DNA from: a virus | DNA: 64,000 nt | IMG/VR virus record: IMGVR_UViG_3300044638_004964 | Span: 1-64,000 of that record | Reading direction: 5' to 3' (one strand) | Shown: positions 8,308 to 17,748 of the stretch, piece after piece | Layout: each line of letters opens with the position of its first letter | How positions within the stretch are numbered: position 1 is the stretch's first letter | The notes under the pieces: generated by a model | Told to the model about the DNA's origin: nothing | Seen by the model: only the letters and a program-made list of their open reading frames with translations | Database searches by the model: none | Made by a program: the position numbers and the translations under genes

Positions 8308-8523
8308 ATGAAGACTTTTATTACATGTGTTGCTCTTTGTTTTTGTGTCAACGCCGCTAGTGCTGGCGAATGTGTTAATGGTAGCTGTAATCTTCGCAGC
8401 CGTACTGTTACCGTAGCCCGTGAGCTTATTAGTGTTCCTGTTGAGGTAACACGACGCACGGTGGAGGCTACACGAAATGTTGGTCGCCGCACGGTAGCTC
8501 GCGTTCGAAGCGTTGTTCGTTGA
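8308..8523 (+). CDS. small secreted Arg/Val-rich peptide
   Basis: AGGAG SD; signal peptide ending ASA; CVNGSC motif; Arg-rich C-terminus. Confidence 0.75.
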   Translation: MKTFITCVALCFCVNAASAGECVNGSCNLRSRTVTVARELISVPVEVTRRTVEATRNVGRRTVARVRSVVR

Positions 8524-8528
8524 TTCTA

Positions 8529-8603
8529 ATGTGGTTCTCACATAAAGGTTGAGATTAAATCTGACGCCGATTCCCCAATAAGGAAATAAAAGCAGAGCCA
8601 CGT
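8529..8603 (+). ncRNA. candidate three-way-junction RNA
   Basis: ATGTGGTTCT/AGAGCCACGT closing stem with two inner hairpins. Confidence 0.35.
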
Positions 8604-8675
8604 TCAAACTGGTACAATATGTCTGGAACCAAAGCTTAGGTATAACTTTTATGATTACTTACCGATAGTGAGGTA

Positions 8676-9095
8676 ATGATGTTTTATTGGGGTAGTTATC
8701 GACCTATACTGAGATTGATCAATCAATTGCGAAAAATGGATATGCGAACAATCCATCCAATAGCATTTAAATCCACGCTTGTTCGTAAAAAAGAGGGTAA
8801 CATGTCACTAGTTTATAATGTAACCGCTGGGCCAGTTGTAGATAACGATGTTGTCGAGCGTAGGCTAACAGTAACTGTTAATGGTGAAGTATCACAGGTA
8901 GCCACAAACTCAAATGATACTACTTCATTCGGAGAGTTTTCCTTTGCAGAAAATGACAACGTTGTTCTAACACTGGTTGACGTTGATGATGCTGGAAACG
9001 TAAGTTCCCCAGCAGTATTAGAGTTTACCGCTGCCGATACCATTCCTCCAGCAAAGCCGGGAGAATTTGGAGTAACTTTGGTACGAGAAGAGTAA
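8676..9095 (+). CDS. beta-rich (Ig/FN3-like) hypothetical protein
   Basis: GAGGT SD; VDDAGNVS and DTIPPAKP motifs typical of Ig-like domain ends; alternative start at 8802. Confidence 0.55.
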   Translation: MMFYWGSYRPILRLINQLRKMDMRTIHPIAFKSTLVRKKEGNMSLVYNVTAGPVVDNDVVERRLTVTVNGEVSQVATNSNDTTSFGEFSFAENDNVVLTLVDVDDAGNVSSPAVLEFTAADTIPPAKPGEFGVTLVREE

Positions 9096-9120
9096 AAAAG
9101 TCAATTTATTGGCACAGATA

Positions 9121-9153
9121 AGGGGATAGCCAATTGGCTATCCCTTTACTGTT
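9121..9153 (+). terminator. intrinsic terminator-like hairpin
   Basis: AGGGGATAGCC-AATT-GGCTATCCCTT followed by a short T-rich tract. Confidence 0.7.
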
Positions 9154-9212
9154 ATATGGAAAGGTGTATATAGTATTGGTAATTTCATAACTGGCACCGA
9201 AAGGATATCGCC

Positions 9213-9983
9213 ATGAAAAAGCTAATATTAATACTTTTCTGTCTATTTCTAGAGAATAATTTGATAGCTGGCACAATAGATCAAAACGTGCCAGATTCTA
9301 AATATGTTGAATATGGCGATAAGCATGAGTCAGTAGTAAAGCAAGAAGGAAATCACGACAACAAGGATAATACATATTTTTACGCATCAGCAGTAATTAT
9401 TAAACCTAGATGGTTATTAACCGCCGCCCACGTAATTAAAGGTAGTAAAAATTGTAGAATTGTTGTTGGTAAAAAAACTATACCAATAGACTTCATAAAG
9501 CATCACGCCTCATATGAAGAAAATAAATTTGGAAAATACGATATTGGAATAGGGCATTTAAAAGAAGATGCTGACATATCTTTTTATCCAGAATTATATA
9601 GTAAAAATGACGAAGTTGGTAAGATTTGTAGCATGGCTGGATATGGTATTACTGGAACATTTCAAAGCACAGAAAGAAAAGTAGACGATCTAAAAAGAGC
9701 GGGATCAAATATAATAGAAGCAACCGACAAAGACTTATTGATATGTTCTTTAAAGGATGGCCCAAGAACCAGTTTAGAATTCTTAATATGTCATGGTGAC
9801 AGTGGTGGTGGTTTATTCATAGATAAAAAACTAGCAGGAATAAATTCTTGTATTCTTACGGAAGATAAAAAATTAGATTCAAATATTAATGATTGGTCAG
9901 GACACACCAGAGTTAGTTTATTTATTGATTGGATAAAAGAGGTAATGGATACCATAGAAAAGGCAGAACAAGCCAAACCATGA
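9213..9983 (+). CDS. secreted trypsin-like (S1) serine protease
   Basis: Signal peptide; LLTAAHV, YDIG and GDSGGG catalytic triad motifs. Confidence 0.9.
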   Translation: MKKLILILFCLFLENNLIAGTIDQNVPDSKYVEYGDKHESVVKQEGNHDNKDNTYFYASAVIIKPRWLLTAAHVIKGSKNCRIVVGKKTIPIDFIKHHASYEENKFGKYDIGIGHLKEDADISFYPELYSKNDEVGKICSMAGYGITGTFQSTERKVDDLKRAGSNIIEATDKDLLICSLKDGPRTSLEFLICHGDSGGGLFIDKKLAGINSCILTEDKKLDSNINDWSGHTRVSLFIDWIKEVMDTIEKAEQAKP

Positions 9984-10303
9984 TTTTTCAAAAACTACTA
10001 CAGTATTTTTTCAGAACAGACGAATATGGTGCTAGGTCGCCACGATGGGCTATAATAAGGAGAGAGCATCTAGAAAATAATCCACGCTGTGCAGCATGTG
10101 GAAGAAATAAAAAGATAGAGGTTCATCATATAAAACCATTTCATTTAAATCCAGAATTAGAATTAGATCCAAATAATTTGATTTCTTTATGCGACGATCC
10201 TTGTCACTTTGTGTTTGGTCATTTAATGAATTATAGGAGTTGGAATACCAATGTTATCGAAGACTGTAAAAGATATCTTGACAGAATTAAAAATAGGCCA
10301 TAA
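9980..10303 (+). CDS. small HNH endonuclease
   Basis: CAAC, EVHHIKP, NLISLC, CH motifs; ATGA overlap start. Confidence 0.8.
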   Translation: MIFQKLLQYFFRTDEYGARSPRWAIIRREHLENNPRCAACGRNKKIEVHHIKPFHLNPELELDPNNLISLCDDPCHFVFGHLMNYRSWNTNVIEDCKRYLDRIKNRP

Positions 10304-10427
10304 ATTTTATATAGTATTGAGTATACAGGGTTTTTGTTTAGGATATATGATTGGATTTTTAATGTCTTATTTTGAAATTCTATAACTTGCTATTGACAAA
10401 ATTGACTTGGTGGGCTATCATAGTTAG

Positions 10428-10721
10428 ATGCAAGCTCACCCAAAAGAAAAATTGAACATGTTAGACTTAAGAGAATACAACAAAGCTCCCTCTAGTTATT
10501 TAGAGGATAAGCAAAAAATTAAAAAATTGATATCAGATGTTGGTTATAAACATCTTCTTGAATATCTTATCGAAGATATAGATAACTATGAAATCCTTGG
10601 TCACGATGACTTATGGATATTAAGGATGGCAGAAAGTCTAGAAGATGCTTACAATGTATTTATGCAAAAGTATAAGGACGAAGACAACATAGATAGTAGG
10701 ATAACACCAAATGAGAATTGA
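10428..10721 (+). CDS. hypothetical protein
   Basis: ORF track; TTGACA upstream at 10393. Confidence 0.5.
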   Translation: MQAHPKEKLNMLDLREYNKAPSSYLEDKQKIKKLISDVGYKHLLEYLIEDIDNYEILGHDDLWILRMAESLEDAYNVFMQKYKDEDNIDSRITPNEN

Positions 10722-11067
10722 TCATGCATTAAATGTTAAGGTTGGAGATCATCTAATGAATACATTCTTGGATGATGTTGTTGTAACCAGTATATACAAA
10801 GAAGGTGGAGTCATTGTGTTTGGCACAATCGACACAAGACTAAGACAAGTAGCTTACTCTTATGATTATGTATACTTAGTCGATATTGGTCCAAATGATA
10901 TTTCTGATGAAGAATCTAGTTTTATAAATTGGGCTAGAGAAAATAGAGAAAGCATAGAAGAACAGTTAGAAAATCTAGATTTAATAAAACGGTCTTATAT
11001 GCAGGGGTTTGGCATGGGCTATGCTTACAAAAAAATAATGTCCCATGAGGAGTTAATGCAGAAATGA
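10711..11067 (+). CDS. hypothetical protein
   Basis: ORF track; overlaps thyX start. Confidence 0.55.
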   Translation: MRIDHALNVKVGDHLMNTFLDDVVVTSIYKEGGVIVFGTIDTRLRQVAYSYDYVYLVDIGPNDISDEESSFINWARENRESIEEQLENLDLIKRSYMQGFGMGYAYKKIMSHEELMQK

Positions 11068-11720
11068 GCTATGTAAAATTAATCAGCATTACCGCAGACT
11101 GCGAAAAACTAATGGCATACTGTGCTAGAGTCTCAAATCCAAGCGGACAAAATAATGACAGTATTGCAAAACTCTTAAAGTATTGCATCGCTCATGAACA
11201 TTGGAGTATTTTTGAGCAGGGCTTTATGACAGTAGAGATTAATACTACAAGAGGTATTGCCGCACAGATTCTTCGTCATCGTAGTTTTACGTTTCAAGAG
11301 TTTAGCCAAAGGTATGCTGACGCTACGCTTTTATCAGAGGATATTCCACTTTTTGAATTAAGGCGACAAGACAACAAGAATCGCCAGAATAGCATAGATG
11401 ATATATCTAATGAGACTAAAGTAAAATGGAATGCTCAAATTCGTGAACATTTTTCTAAAGCCAAGGCTATTTATGATGGCATGATTGCTGATGGAATAGC
11501 TAAAGAGTGTGCAAGATTTGTATTACCATTAGCTGTTCCAACAAGATTATATGTTAGCGGTTCAATAAGATCATGGATTACATATATAGCATTAAGAGAA
11601 AAGCACGGTACTCAAAAAGAACACATTGATATTGCTAAAGGCTGCAAAAATATATTTTGCCAGCAATTACCATTAACTTCTGAAGCTTTGGGAGGGTTTG
11701 AAAAAGAATGGTGTATATAA
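11064..11720 (+). CDS. thyX: flavin-dependent thymidylate synthase
   Basis: RHRSFTFQEFSQRY signature; HWSIFE; KECARFVLP. Confidence 0.96.
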   Translation: MSYVKLISITADCEKLMAYCARVSNPSGQNNDSIAKLLKYCIAHEHWSIFEQGFMTVEINTTRGIAAQILRHRSFTFQEFSQRYADATLLSEDIPLFELRRQDNKNRQNSIDDISNETKVKWNAQIREHFSKAKAIYDGMIADGIAKECARFVLPLAVPTRLYVSGSIRSWITYIALREKHGTQKEHIDIAKGCKNIFCQQLPLTSEALGGFEKEWCI

Positions 11721-11761
11721 GAATGTATACTATACATATATACATTCTAGGAGACACTATT

Positions 11762-12364
11762 ATGCCAAGGAATAAAAGTCTAAAAATAGGTGATATTATA
11801 GGTTATGATAATTTAGAAGTAATAAATACAAAAACTATAATAGAAGGTAAAACTCAAACAAAACGTGCATGGTCTGAAGTTTATTGTAGATTGTGCGGAA
11901 AAAAGAAATGGATGAGAAACAACATCTTAAAAAGAGAAAGAACTTCAAGTTGCGGATGTGCTTCCAGAGATTCTAAAACATGGAAAATAAAAAAAGATAG
12001 GAATATGACTTGGCAGTTAGATCAAGGAGAATCAGCATTCAATAATTTATATTATCAGTATCTTAAAAGTGCAGAAAAAAGAAATTTATCTTTCGCATTA
12101 TCAAAAATAGAGTTTAAACAATTTACAAAAAATCCATGCTATTATTGCGGGAGAGAACCTCATAGAATAATAAAAGGTCAAGGTAAAACTAGTGGAGATT
12201 ATGTATACAACGGTTTAGACAGAATCGATAATAACGATGGGTACAATTTAGATAATATTGTTAGTTGTTGTTTTGATTGTAATTCTAGCAAAAGAACATT
12301 TTCGCAAAAAGATTTTTTTGCACATGTAAAACGAATCTATGATTTACATCATGAAAAAATGTAA
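11762..12364 (+). CDS. HNH-like homing endonuclease
   Basis: CRLCG...SSCGC N-domain; CYYCG, GLDRIDN, NIVSCCFDCN; GGAG SD before ATG 11762. Confidence 0.8.
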   Translation: MPRNKSLKIGDIIGYDNLEVINTKTIIEGKTQTKRAWSEVYCRLCGKKKWMRNNILKRERTSSCGCASRDSKTWKIKKDRNMTWQLDQGESAFNNLYYQYLKSAEKRNLSFALSKIEFKQFTKNPCYYCGREPHRIIKGQGKTSGDYVYNGLDRIDNNDGYNLDNIVSCCFDCNSSKRTFSQKDFFAHVKRIYDLHHEKM

Positions 12365-12385
12365 TAAAATTTATTTAGGTGAGAA

Positions 12386-12685
12386 ATGATCAAACTTGAA
12401 ATGTCTGAAAGCGATATTATTAGGGCGGTTAAAAATCCAGCCACATCCCCGCTACAATATTTAAGTGCCAGAATCTTTAAAAGAGATGTGCGGGATATTG
12501 ATGTTGGAAGAGATGGGATTATAATCTGGGAAGATTATATAGATGACTATATTTCTTATAGATATTGTGAAGAGGATATTCAACTCTTAGATCAATTCCT
12601 TTATGAATGGGAAGAGTTTGTTGATGGGGAAATAAGTGATTTTGACTTAGAACCCATATCTTTTTGCGTATATCAGAACGGCTGA
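12386..12685 (+). CDS. hypothetical acidic protein
   Basis: AGGTG SD; ORF track. Confidence 0.55.
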   Translation: MIKLEMSESDIIRAVKNPATSPLQYLSARIFKRDVRDIDVGRDGIIIWEDYIDDYISYRYCEEDIQLLDQFLYEWEEFVDGEISDFDLEPISFCVYQNG

Positions 12686-12706
12686 AAAATTTTTTAAGTC
12701 TGCTGC

Positions 12707-12734
12707 TTGACAACGCCGATACATGGTGTAGAAT
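12707..12734 (+). promoter_or_regulatory. sigma70-like promoter TTGACA-N16-TAGAAT for rIIA/rIIB
   Basis: Intergenic, near consensus. Confidence 0.7.
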
Positions 12735-12778
12735 CAAAGCACATTCAGCCACTTAGCACTTTTAGGAGATAAGCAATT

Positions 12779-14887
12779 ATGAAACTTCACGCTAGCACCA
12801 ACGTCATTGAAAAGTCTGGTAACTTTGAAGAGTCGAAGTTCAGCATCGAAGCTTCGTCCAAGGCGTTTTTCATTCTGTCTGACGGTCTTTATTCTAACAA
12901 GATTCTCGCGGTTGTTCGTGAGCTTTCTACCAATGCGTATGATTCGCACGTTGAGGCTGGCAAGGTCAGCGTTCCGTTCGATGTTCATCTGCCCACGCAG
13001 CTTGAGCCTACGTTTTTTATTCGTGACTATGGCACCAGCATGGATCATGATAGCTGTATGCAACTTTATACAACGTATTTCCGCAGTACGCGAAACAATA
13101 GTAATGACGCTGTAGGTTGTCTTGGTCTTGGTAGCAAGGCTCCCTTTGCTTATTCTGATAGTTTTACTGTCGAGGCTTTCCTTGATGGTAAGCGTAGGCT
13201 TTATGCTGCCTATAAGAATGAGGATGGTAGCCCCGTGTTCTCTCTGATGGACACTTTTGAAACAACTGAGCCTAATGGCATTAAGGTTTCTATCAATGTT
13301 CAAGATGGCGACGTTAATCGATTCATTCGCGAGGCTCATAAGGTTTATGAGTTCTTCAAGGTTCGCCCCAAGTTTATCGGTGAATCTATTTCTTATGAAA
13401 ATCCCAACAAGGTTATTGAGGGAACCAACTGGTATTTTGATGATAACAGTTCCGATAATCTGATCATCATGGGTCAGATTGCGTATCCTCTCGACCACTA
13501 TCAGCTTATGAATAGCGGTTTTGATAATAAGACTGTTAGCTTTATTCAAGATTCCAGCGGTCTGCGTCTTTTCGTAAAGATTGGTGATGTTGACATTACT
13601 CCCAGCCGCGAATCCTTGTCTTATAGCAAGGAAACCAAGACTAATATCGTCAACATGGCACGTACCATCGCTGAAGAAATTGCGGTTAAGATTCAAGAAG
13701 AAATTAAGAGTCAGCCGTCTTTGTTTAAAGCGCGTAAGAAATATGTACAGGTTAGCGACCAGTGCCACTCTATCAAGACTGCCGTTGAATCGCTGCACAA
13801 ATCTCTTACTTGGAATGATACCAAGCTTTTTGATAGCAATGCTGCTGAAAGTGTTGGTATCAAGGGTTGCAGCGTAGATATCTTTGAAAAGTCTCAGTGG
13901 CGTAAAAAGATTGAAGTTAAGAAAAATACCGAGCATATGTTCTTCGGTACTAAAACTAAATTTATTGTTGACGATCTTAATCGCGGTGGAGTTAGTCGAA
14001 TTCGTCAAATGATGCGTGATGCTAATAATAGTCAGGTCTGCTACTGCTATAAGCTTTCTGAAGGAGAGACTGTTGACAGTTGCAAGCTGTATGATATCAT
14101 GGGTGGAGCAACCAAAGAGGATGTGATCCTTACATCGAATCTTCCCAAGGTTGAATACAATCGTCAAAGCTATGGTAATTCAGACGGTTTGCCCGCTGTT
14201 CAAATTCAAGTCTATAATGAAGAAACTGGCAAGTTTGAAGTGTGTAACATGAGCGTAAAGTTTGAAAACGCCCACTACTTCATTGAATCGAAAGATACTA
14301 TCAAGATCGGCTACTCACATGTCGATACTAGGTATCTGCAAGATGTACTGACTTGGGTTCATCAACACTATAGTGAAGTTGTTAGCGATGCCACGTTTTA
14401 TATTGTTAAGCCTTCTGTGGCTAAGAATCGTAAACTGGAACAGCGAGACAACTGGACTAATGGTTGCAATTTGCTTGAGACTGTTTTTGCAGATGCTGTT
14501 GAAAAGCACCGCGAAGATATTATCACTGTGAATACTCGCAGCCCATTGTCTGCCTCTAGGAATGATCGCTGGATTGATATTCTCAACATGACTAAGACTA
14601 ATTGCAAAGCAAAGCAGATTGCGACAGAGTATAATGAATACAGGAAGAGGATTGACAACATCTCAGCCGACATGTATACTATTCAAGGTATGGCAGAAAA
14701 ACTGCACAACGTTGAAGCAGTCAATTTTAGCAACGTGAAGATCAACACTGATAAGTTTTCGAAAGAATTTGATAAGGAAATGATGAAGTATCCCATGCTT
14801 AAGTTCGCCGCCAATGTCTGGGGCGAAGCTGATAAGCAACTTGTGGCCGATTATATCGACTGCATTGAGAACAATAACACACTGTGA
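12779..14887 (+). CDS. rIIA: rIIA-like protein (GHKL ATPase N-domain)
   Basis: LYSNKILAVVRELSTNAYDSH, IRDYG, GCLGLGSKAPFAY; adjacent to rIIB. Confidence 0.88.
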   Translation: MKLHASTNVIEKSGNFEESKFSIEASSKAFFILSDGLYSNKILAVVRELSTNAYDSHVEAGKVSVPFDVHLPTQLEPTFFIRDYGTSMDHDSCMQLYTTYFRSTRNNSNDAVGCLGLGSKAPFAYSDSFTVEAFLDGKRRLYAAYKNEDGSPVFSLMDTFETTEPNGIKVSINVQDGDVNRFIREAHKVYEFFKVRPKFIGESISYENPNKVIEGTNWYFDDNSSDNLIIMGQIAYPLDHYQLMNSGFDNKTVSFIQDSSGLRLFVKIGDVDITPSRESLSYSKETKTNIVNMARTIAEEIAVKIQEEIKSQPSLFKARKKYVQVSDQCHSIKTAVESLHKSLTWNDTKLFDSNAAESVGIKGCSVDIFEKSQWRKKIEVKKNTEHMFFGTKTKFIVDDLNRGGVSRIRQMMRDANNSQVCYCYKLSEGETVDSCKLYDIMGGATKEDVILTSNLPKVEYNRQSYGNSDGLPAVQIQVYNEETGKFEVCNMSVKFENAHYFIESKDTIKIGYSHVDTRYLQDVLTWVHQHYSEVVSDATFYIVKPSVAKNRKLEQRDNWTNGCNLLETVFADAVEKHREDIITVNTRSPLSASRNDRWIDILNMTKTNCKAKQIATEYNEYRKRIDNISADMYTIQGMAEKLHNVEAVNFSNVKINTDKFSKEFDKEMMKYPMLKFAANVWGEADKQLVADYIDCIENNNTL

Positions 14888-14910
14888 AAGGTCTAAACTA
14901 GGAGTATATC

Positions 14911-15777
14911 ATGAAATATATTATTGCAAACGACGGTAACGTTACAGCGGTGGTCAGCAGTCAAACGTATAACTTTGGCAAGGCTCACCCAAATTATAAT
15001 AAGCTGGTCAATCATCTTAAGAATAATAATGTTGAGCATTTCGAAGCTTGCTACGATATCGTGTCTCATCTTAATTCTTATTGCGAGGGCTATGTGAATT
15101 GTGCGGACGGTGTTCTGAATTGGGACGGTATTAAGATGCCCAACATGTTCACCAGCACAATTCTGGATATGGTCAAGCAGGGTTTTCCTTTTGAGCCGAT
15201 GCTTAACTTCCTTGATAATATGAGCCAGAATCCTTCTGACCACGCTATCGTTGAATTGTTCGACTTCATGGAGAATAAGCATATGCCTATTACTATGGAT
15301 GGACACTTCTTGGCATACAAGGCTGTTAAGAATAATTTCAAAGATATTTACTCTGGCACGTTTGATAATTCAGTTGGTAGCGTATGCTCTGTGCCTCGTA
15401 GTCAGGTTGATGGCAATCGTGATAATGGTTGCGGCAAGGGATTGCATGTTGGTGCTATCGACTATGCCAAGTCTTATGGCGGTATTAATCTTGATGAAGA
15501 TGGCGATAACGACGGTGGTAATCAGCTTATGATTTGCAAGGTTAATCCCCGTGACGTTGTTAGCGTTCCTACAGATCATAAGTTTCAAAAGCTTCGTACT
15601 TGTCGATATGAAGTTGTGTCTAAGTTTGATAGTGTTTTTGATAAGATCATCCATATGACAGAGCAGGACAAGGCTTATATGGCAACCAAGAAGCGTAACC
15701 GCGAATGGGTTGTTGAAGTCACAGCAAAGCTTGACAAGATTAATTTGGTTCTTAGTAAGAAGTTGATGAGTGTGTGA
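14911..15777 (+). CDS. rIIB: rIIB-like protein
   Basis: DGHFLAYKAV, DIYSGTFDNSVG, CGKGLHVG, KVNPRDVVSVP, RTCRYEV. Confidence 0.88.
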   Translation: MKYIIANDGNVTAVVSSQTYNFGKAHPNYNKLVNHLKNNNVEHFEACYDIVSHLNSYCEGYVNCADGVLNWDGIKMPNMFTSTILDMVKQGFPFEPMLNFLDNMSQNPSDHAIVELFDFMENKHMPITMDGHFLAYKAVKNNFKDIYSGTFDNSVGSVCSVPRSQVDGNRDNGCGKGLHVGAIDYAKSYGGINLDEDGDNDGGNQLMICKVNPRDVVSVPTDHKFQKLRTCRYEVVSKFDSVFDKIIHMTEQDKAYMATKKRNREWVVEVTAKLDKINLVLSKKLMSV

Positions 15778-15787
15778 TTGAATGTTT

Positions 15788-15829
15788 GAGAGTATAACGG
15801 GGATGGGGAAACTCACCCCGTTTACTCTT
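15788..15829 (+). terminator. long GAAA-capped hairpin after rIIB
   Basis: GAGAGTA(T)AACGGGG(A)TGGG-GAAA-CTCACCCCGTTTACTCTT. Confidence 0.65.
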
Positions 15830-15945
15830 AAAATAATTACTGTCTTACCTTTTCCATCAAGATTATTTATAAAACTATGGATCTATTAAAATACCAGTTA
15901 TTGTGTAGATAAATATATGATCGGTACACAGCAAGAGGTATTAAA

Positions 15946-16479
15946 GTGAAAAATAATATAGGCGACAAAAAATATAATCTTCAAATATTAGAAATTATAA
16001 GAGAAAATAACAAAATTTCAAAGTATAAATGTATTTGTGAATGTGGTAATGAAAAGACGATACCAACAAATAAGTTTGGAGTAACAAAAACGTGCGGTTG
16101 TAGAAAAACAACAATAGGATCATTGCATAGAAAATGGAAGGGATATAAAGACATACAGGGTGGAATATGGTATCAATATATTAGAAATGCAAACAAAAGA
16201 AATATTCTATTTGATTTAAATATTAAAGACGCTTGGGATATATTTGAACAACAAAATCAAAAATGCGCATTATCTGGTTTAGATATAAAATTTGGACGAA
16301 GAGGAAAATTGCACCATAGAATAGAAACCACAGCATCTCTAGATAGAATAAATAACGATATGGGATATACTAAAGATAACGTGCATTGGGTACATAAAAA
16401 AATAAATCAGATTAAAATGGATATGAGTATGCAAGAATTTATAGAATTATGTAAGAAAGTTAGCAATGAAAATAAATAA
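15946..16479 (+). CDS. HNH-like homing endonuclease
   Basis: CICECG...TCGC; KCALSG; ASLDRINNDMGY...NVHWVHKKIN. Confidence 0.8.
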   Translation: MKNNIGDKKYNLQILEIIRENNKISKYKCICECGNEKTIPTNKFGVTKTCGCRKTTIGSLHRKWKGYKDIQGGIWYQYIRNANKRNILFDLNIKDAWDIFEQQNQKCALSGLDIKFGRRGKLHHRIETTASLDRINNDMGYTKDNVHWVHKKINQIKMDMSMQEFIELCKKVSNENK

Positions 16480-17590
16480 TGACATAAAATTAGATTTTGA
16501 CGACGTTCTTTTGCTCCCAAAAAGAAGTATGGCAGCATCTAGAAAAGACGTAAATATTGAAAGAACATTTAATTTTTTCCACTCGTCACAACAATGGTAT
16601 GGAACGCCAATTTGTGCTTCAAATATGGATTCTGTTGGCACGTTTATTATGGCTGAAGCATTGCAAAAGTTTAACGCCATAACATGTCTACATAAACACT
16701 ATGCAATAGAAGAATATTGTGAAAATATTACAGATTTGAACACATACTGGTATAGCATGGGCATCAAAGATTCAGACATAGAAAAACTTTCTGTGTTAGT
16801 CGAAAAAATCCAAGACGTTCCTAATATTTGTATAGATGTGGCGAATGGCTATACTGATAACTTTGTGAATTTCTGTAGTAAAGTTAGAGAAACTTTTGGC
16901 AGTCGCCCCATTATAATGGCTGGAAATGTCTGCACACCAGAAATGGTACAAGAACTAATTCTTCATGGTGGCGTGGATATTGTTAAGATTGGAATTGGGC
17001 CGGGATCAGCATGTACAACCAGATTAAAAACTGGCGTTGGATATCCCCAGCTTTCAGCTATAATAGAGTGTGGACACGCCGCTCACGGTTTAAAGAGCGA
17101 AGATAAACGCATGGGGTTGATTTGTGCAGACGGCGGTTGTAGAACTCCAGCAGACGTTGTAAAGGCTTTTGCGGCCAATGCAGACTTTGTGATGCTTGGG
17201 GGAATGTTTGCTGGTGCGGATGAATGTGAAGGCGAGTGGGAATATGAATATCGTAGTGCAATCATTAATAATGATGGAACAACAAAATCAGAATGGTGGC
17301 AACCATTTGATCCCGGTTACAGCACAGAGACAAGAAAAAAGACACTTACATTCTATGGAATGAGTTCACACAAGGCTCAAAATAAATACGGTGGCATTAA
17401 AAACTATAGAGCTAGTGAAGGTAGGACTTTATCCGTTCCATACAAAGGATATGTTTCTGATATTATGTTAGATATATTGGGTGGAATAAGAAGTGCTTGT
17501 GCTTATGTTGGTGCAGACTCTTTGAAAGATTTACCAAAATGTGCTGAATTTATTCGTGTGAATAGGACTCACTTTGACAAGACACTCTAA
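16466..17590 (+). CDS. guaC: GMP reductase
   Basis: KLDFDDVLLLPKRS, SNMD, DVANGY, GIGPGSACTTR, GYPQLSA, FYGMSS, YRASEG. Confidence 0.93.
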   Translation: MKINNDIKLDFDDVLLLPKRSMAASRKDVNIERTFNFFHSSQQWYGTPICASNMDSVGTFIMAEALQKFNAITCLHKHYAIEEYCENITDLNTYWYSMGIKDSDIEKLSVLVEKIQDVPNICIDVANGYTDNFVNFCSKVRETFGSRPIIMAGNVCTPEMVQELILHGGVDIVKIGIGPGSACTTRLKTGVGYPQLSAIIECGHAAHGLKSEDKRMGLICADGGCRTPADVVKAFAANADFVMLGGMFAGADECEGEWEYEYRSAIINNDGTTKSEWWQPFDPGYSTETRKKTLTFYGMSSHKAQNKYGGIKNYRASEGRTLSVPYKGYVSDIMLDILGGIRSACAYVGADSLKDLPKCAEFIRVNRTHFDKTL

Positions 17591-17748
17591 TGGCAGCAAT
17601 AGTTAGTATTATAATTTCAACAGTATTATACATGATAAATTCAATATCATGTTTTATACAAAAAGATTATTCTCACTCATTAATGTGGGCTGGATATTCA
17701 TTTGCAAATTTAGGATTATTATGGTATGAATTTAACAAATTGGGATAA
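17590..17748 (+). CDS. small membrane protein
   Basis: Read manually; TAATG overlap; WAGYSFANLGL. Confidence 0.55.
   Translation: MAAIVSIIISTVLYMINSISCFIQKDYSHSLMWAGYSFANLGLLWYEFNKLG

Noticed and set aside
8529-8610. Pistol ribozyme (GTGG...CCACGTT resemblance)
   Set aside because: The enclosed region is far too long and I found no pseudoknot partner
12734-14167. 477-aa minus-strand ORF and other antisense ORFs in the track
   Set aside because: Shadows of well-supported + strand genes (here rIIA); no motifs or SD; explained by codon bias
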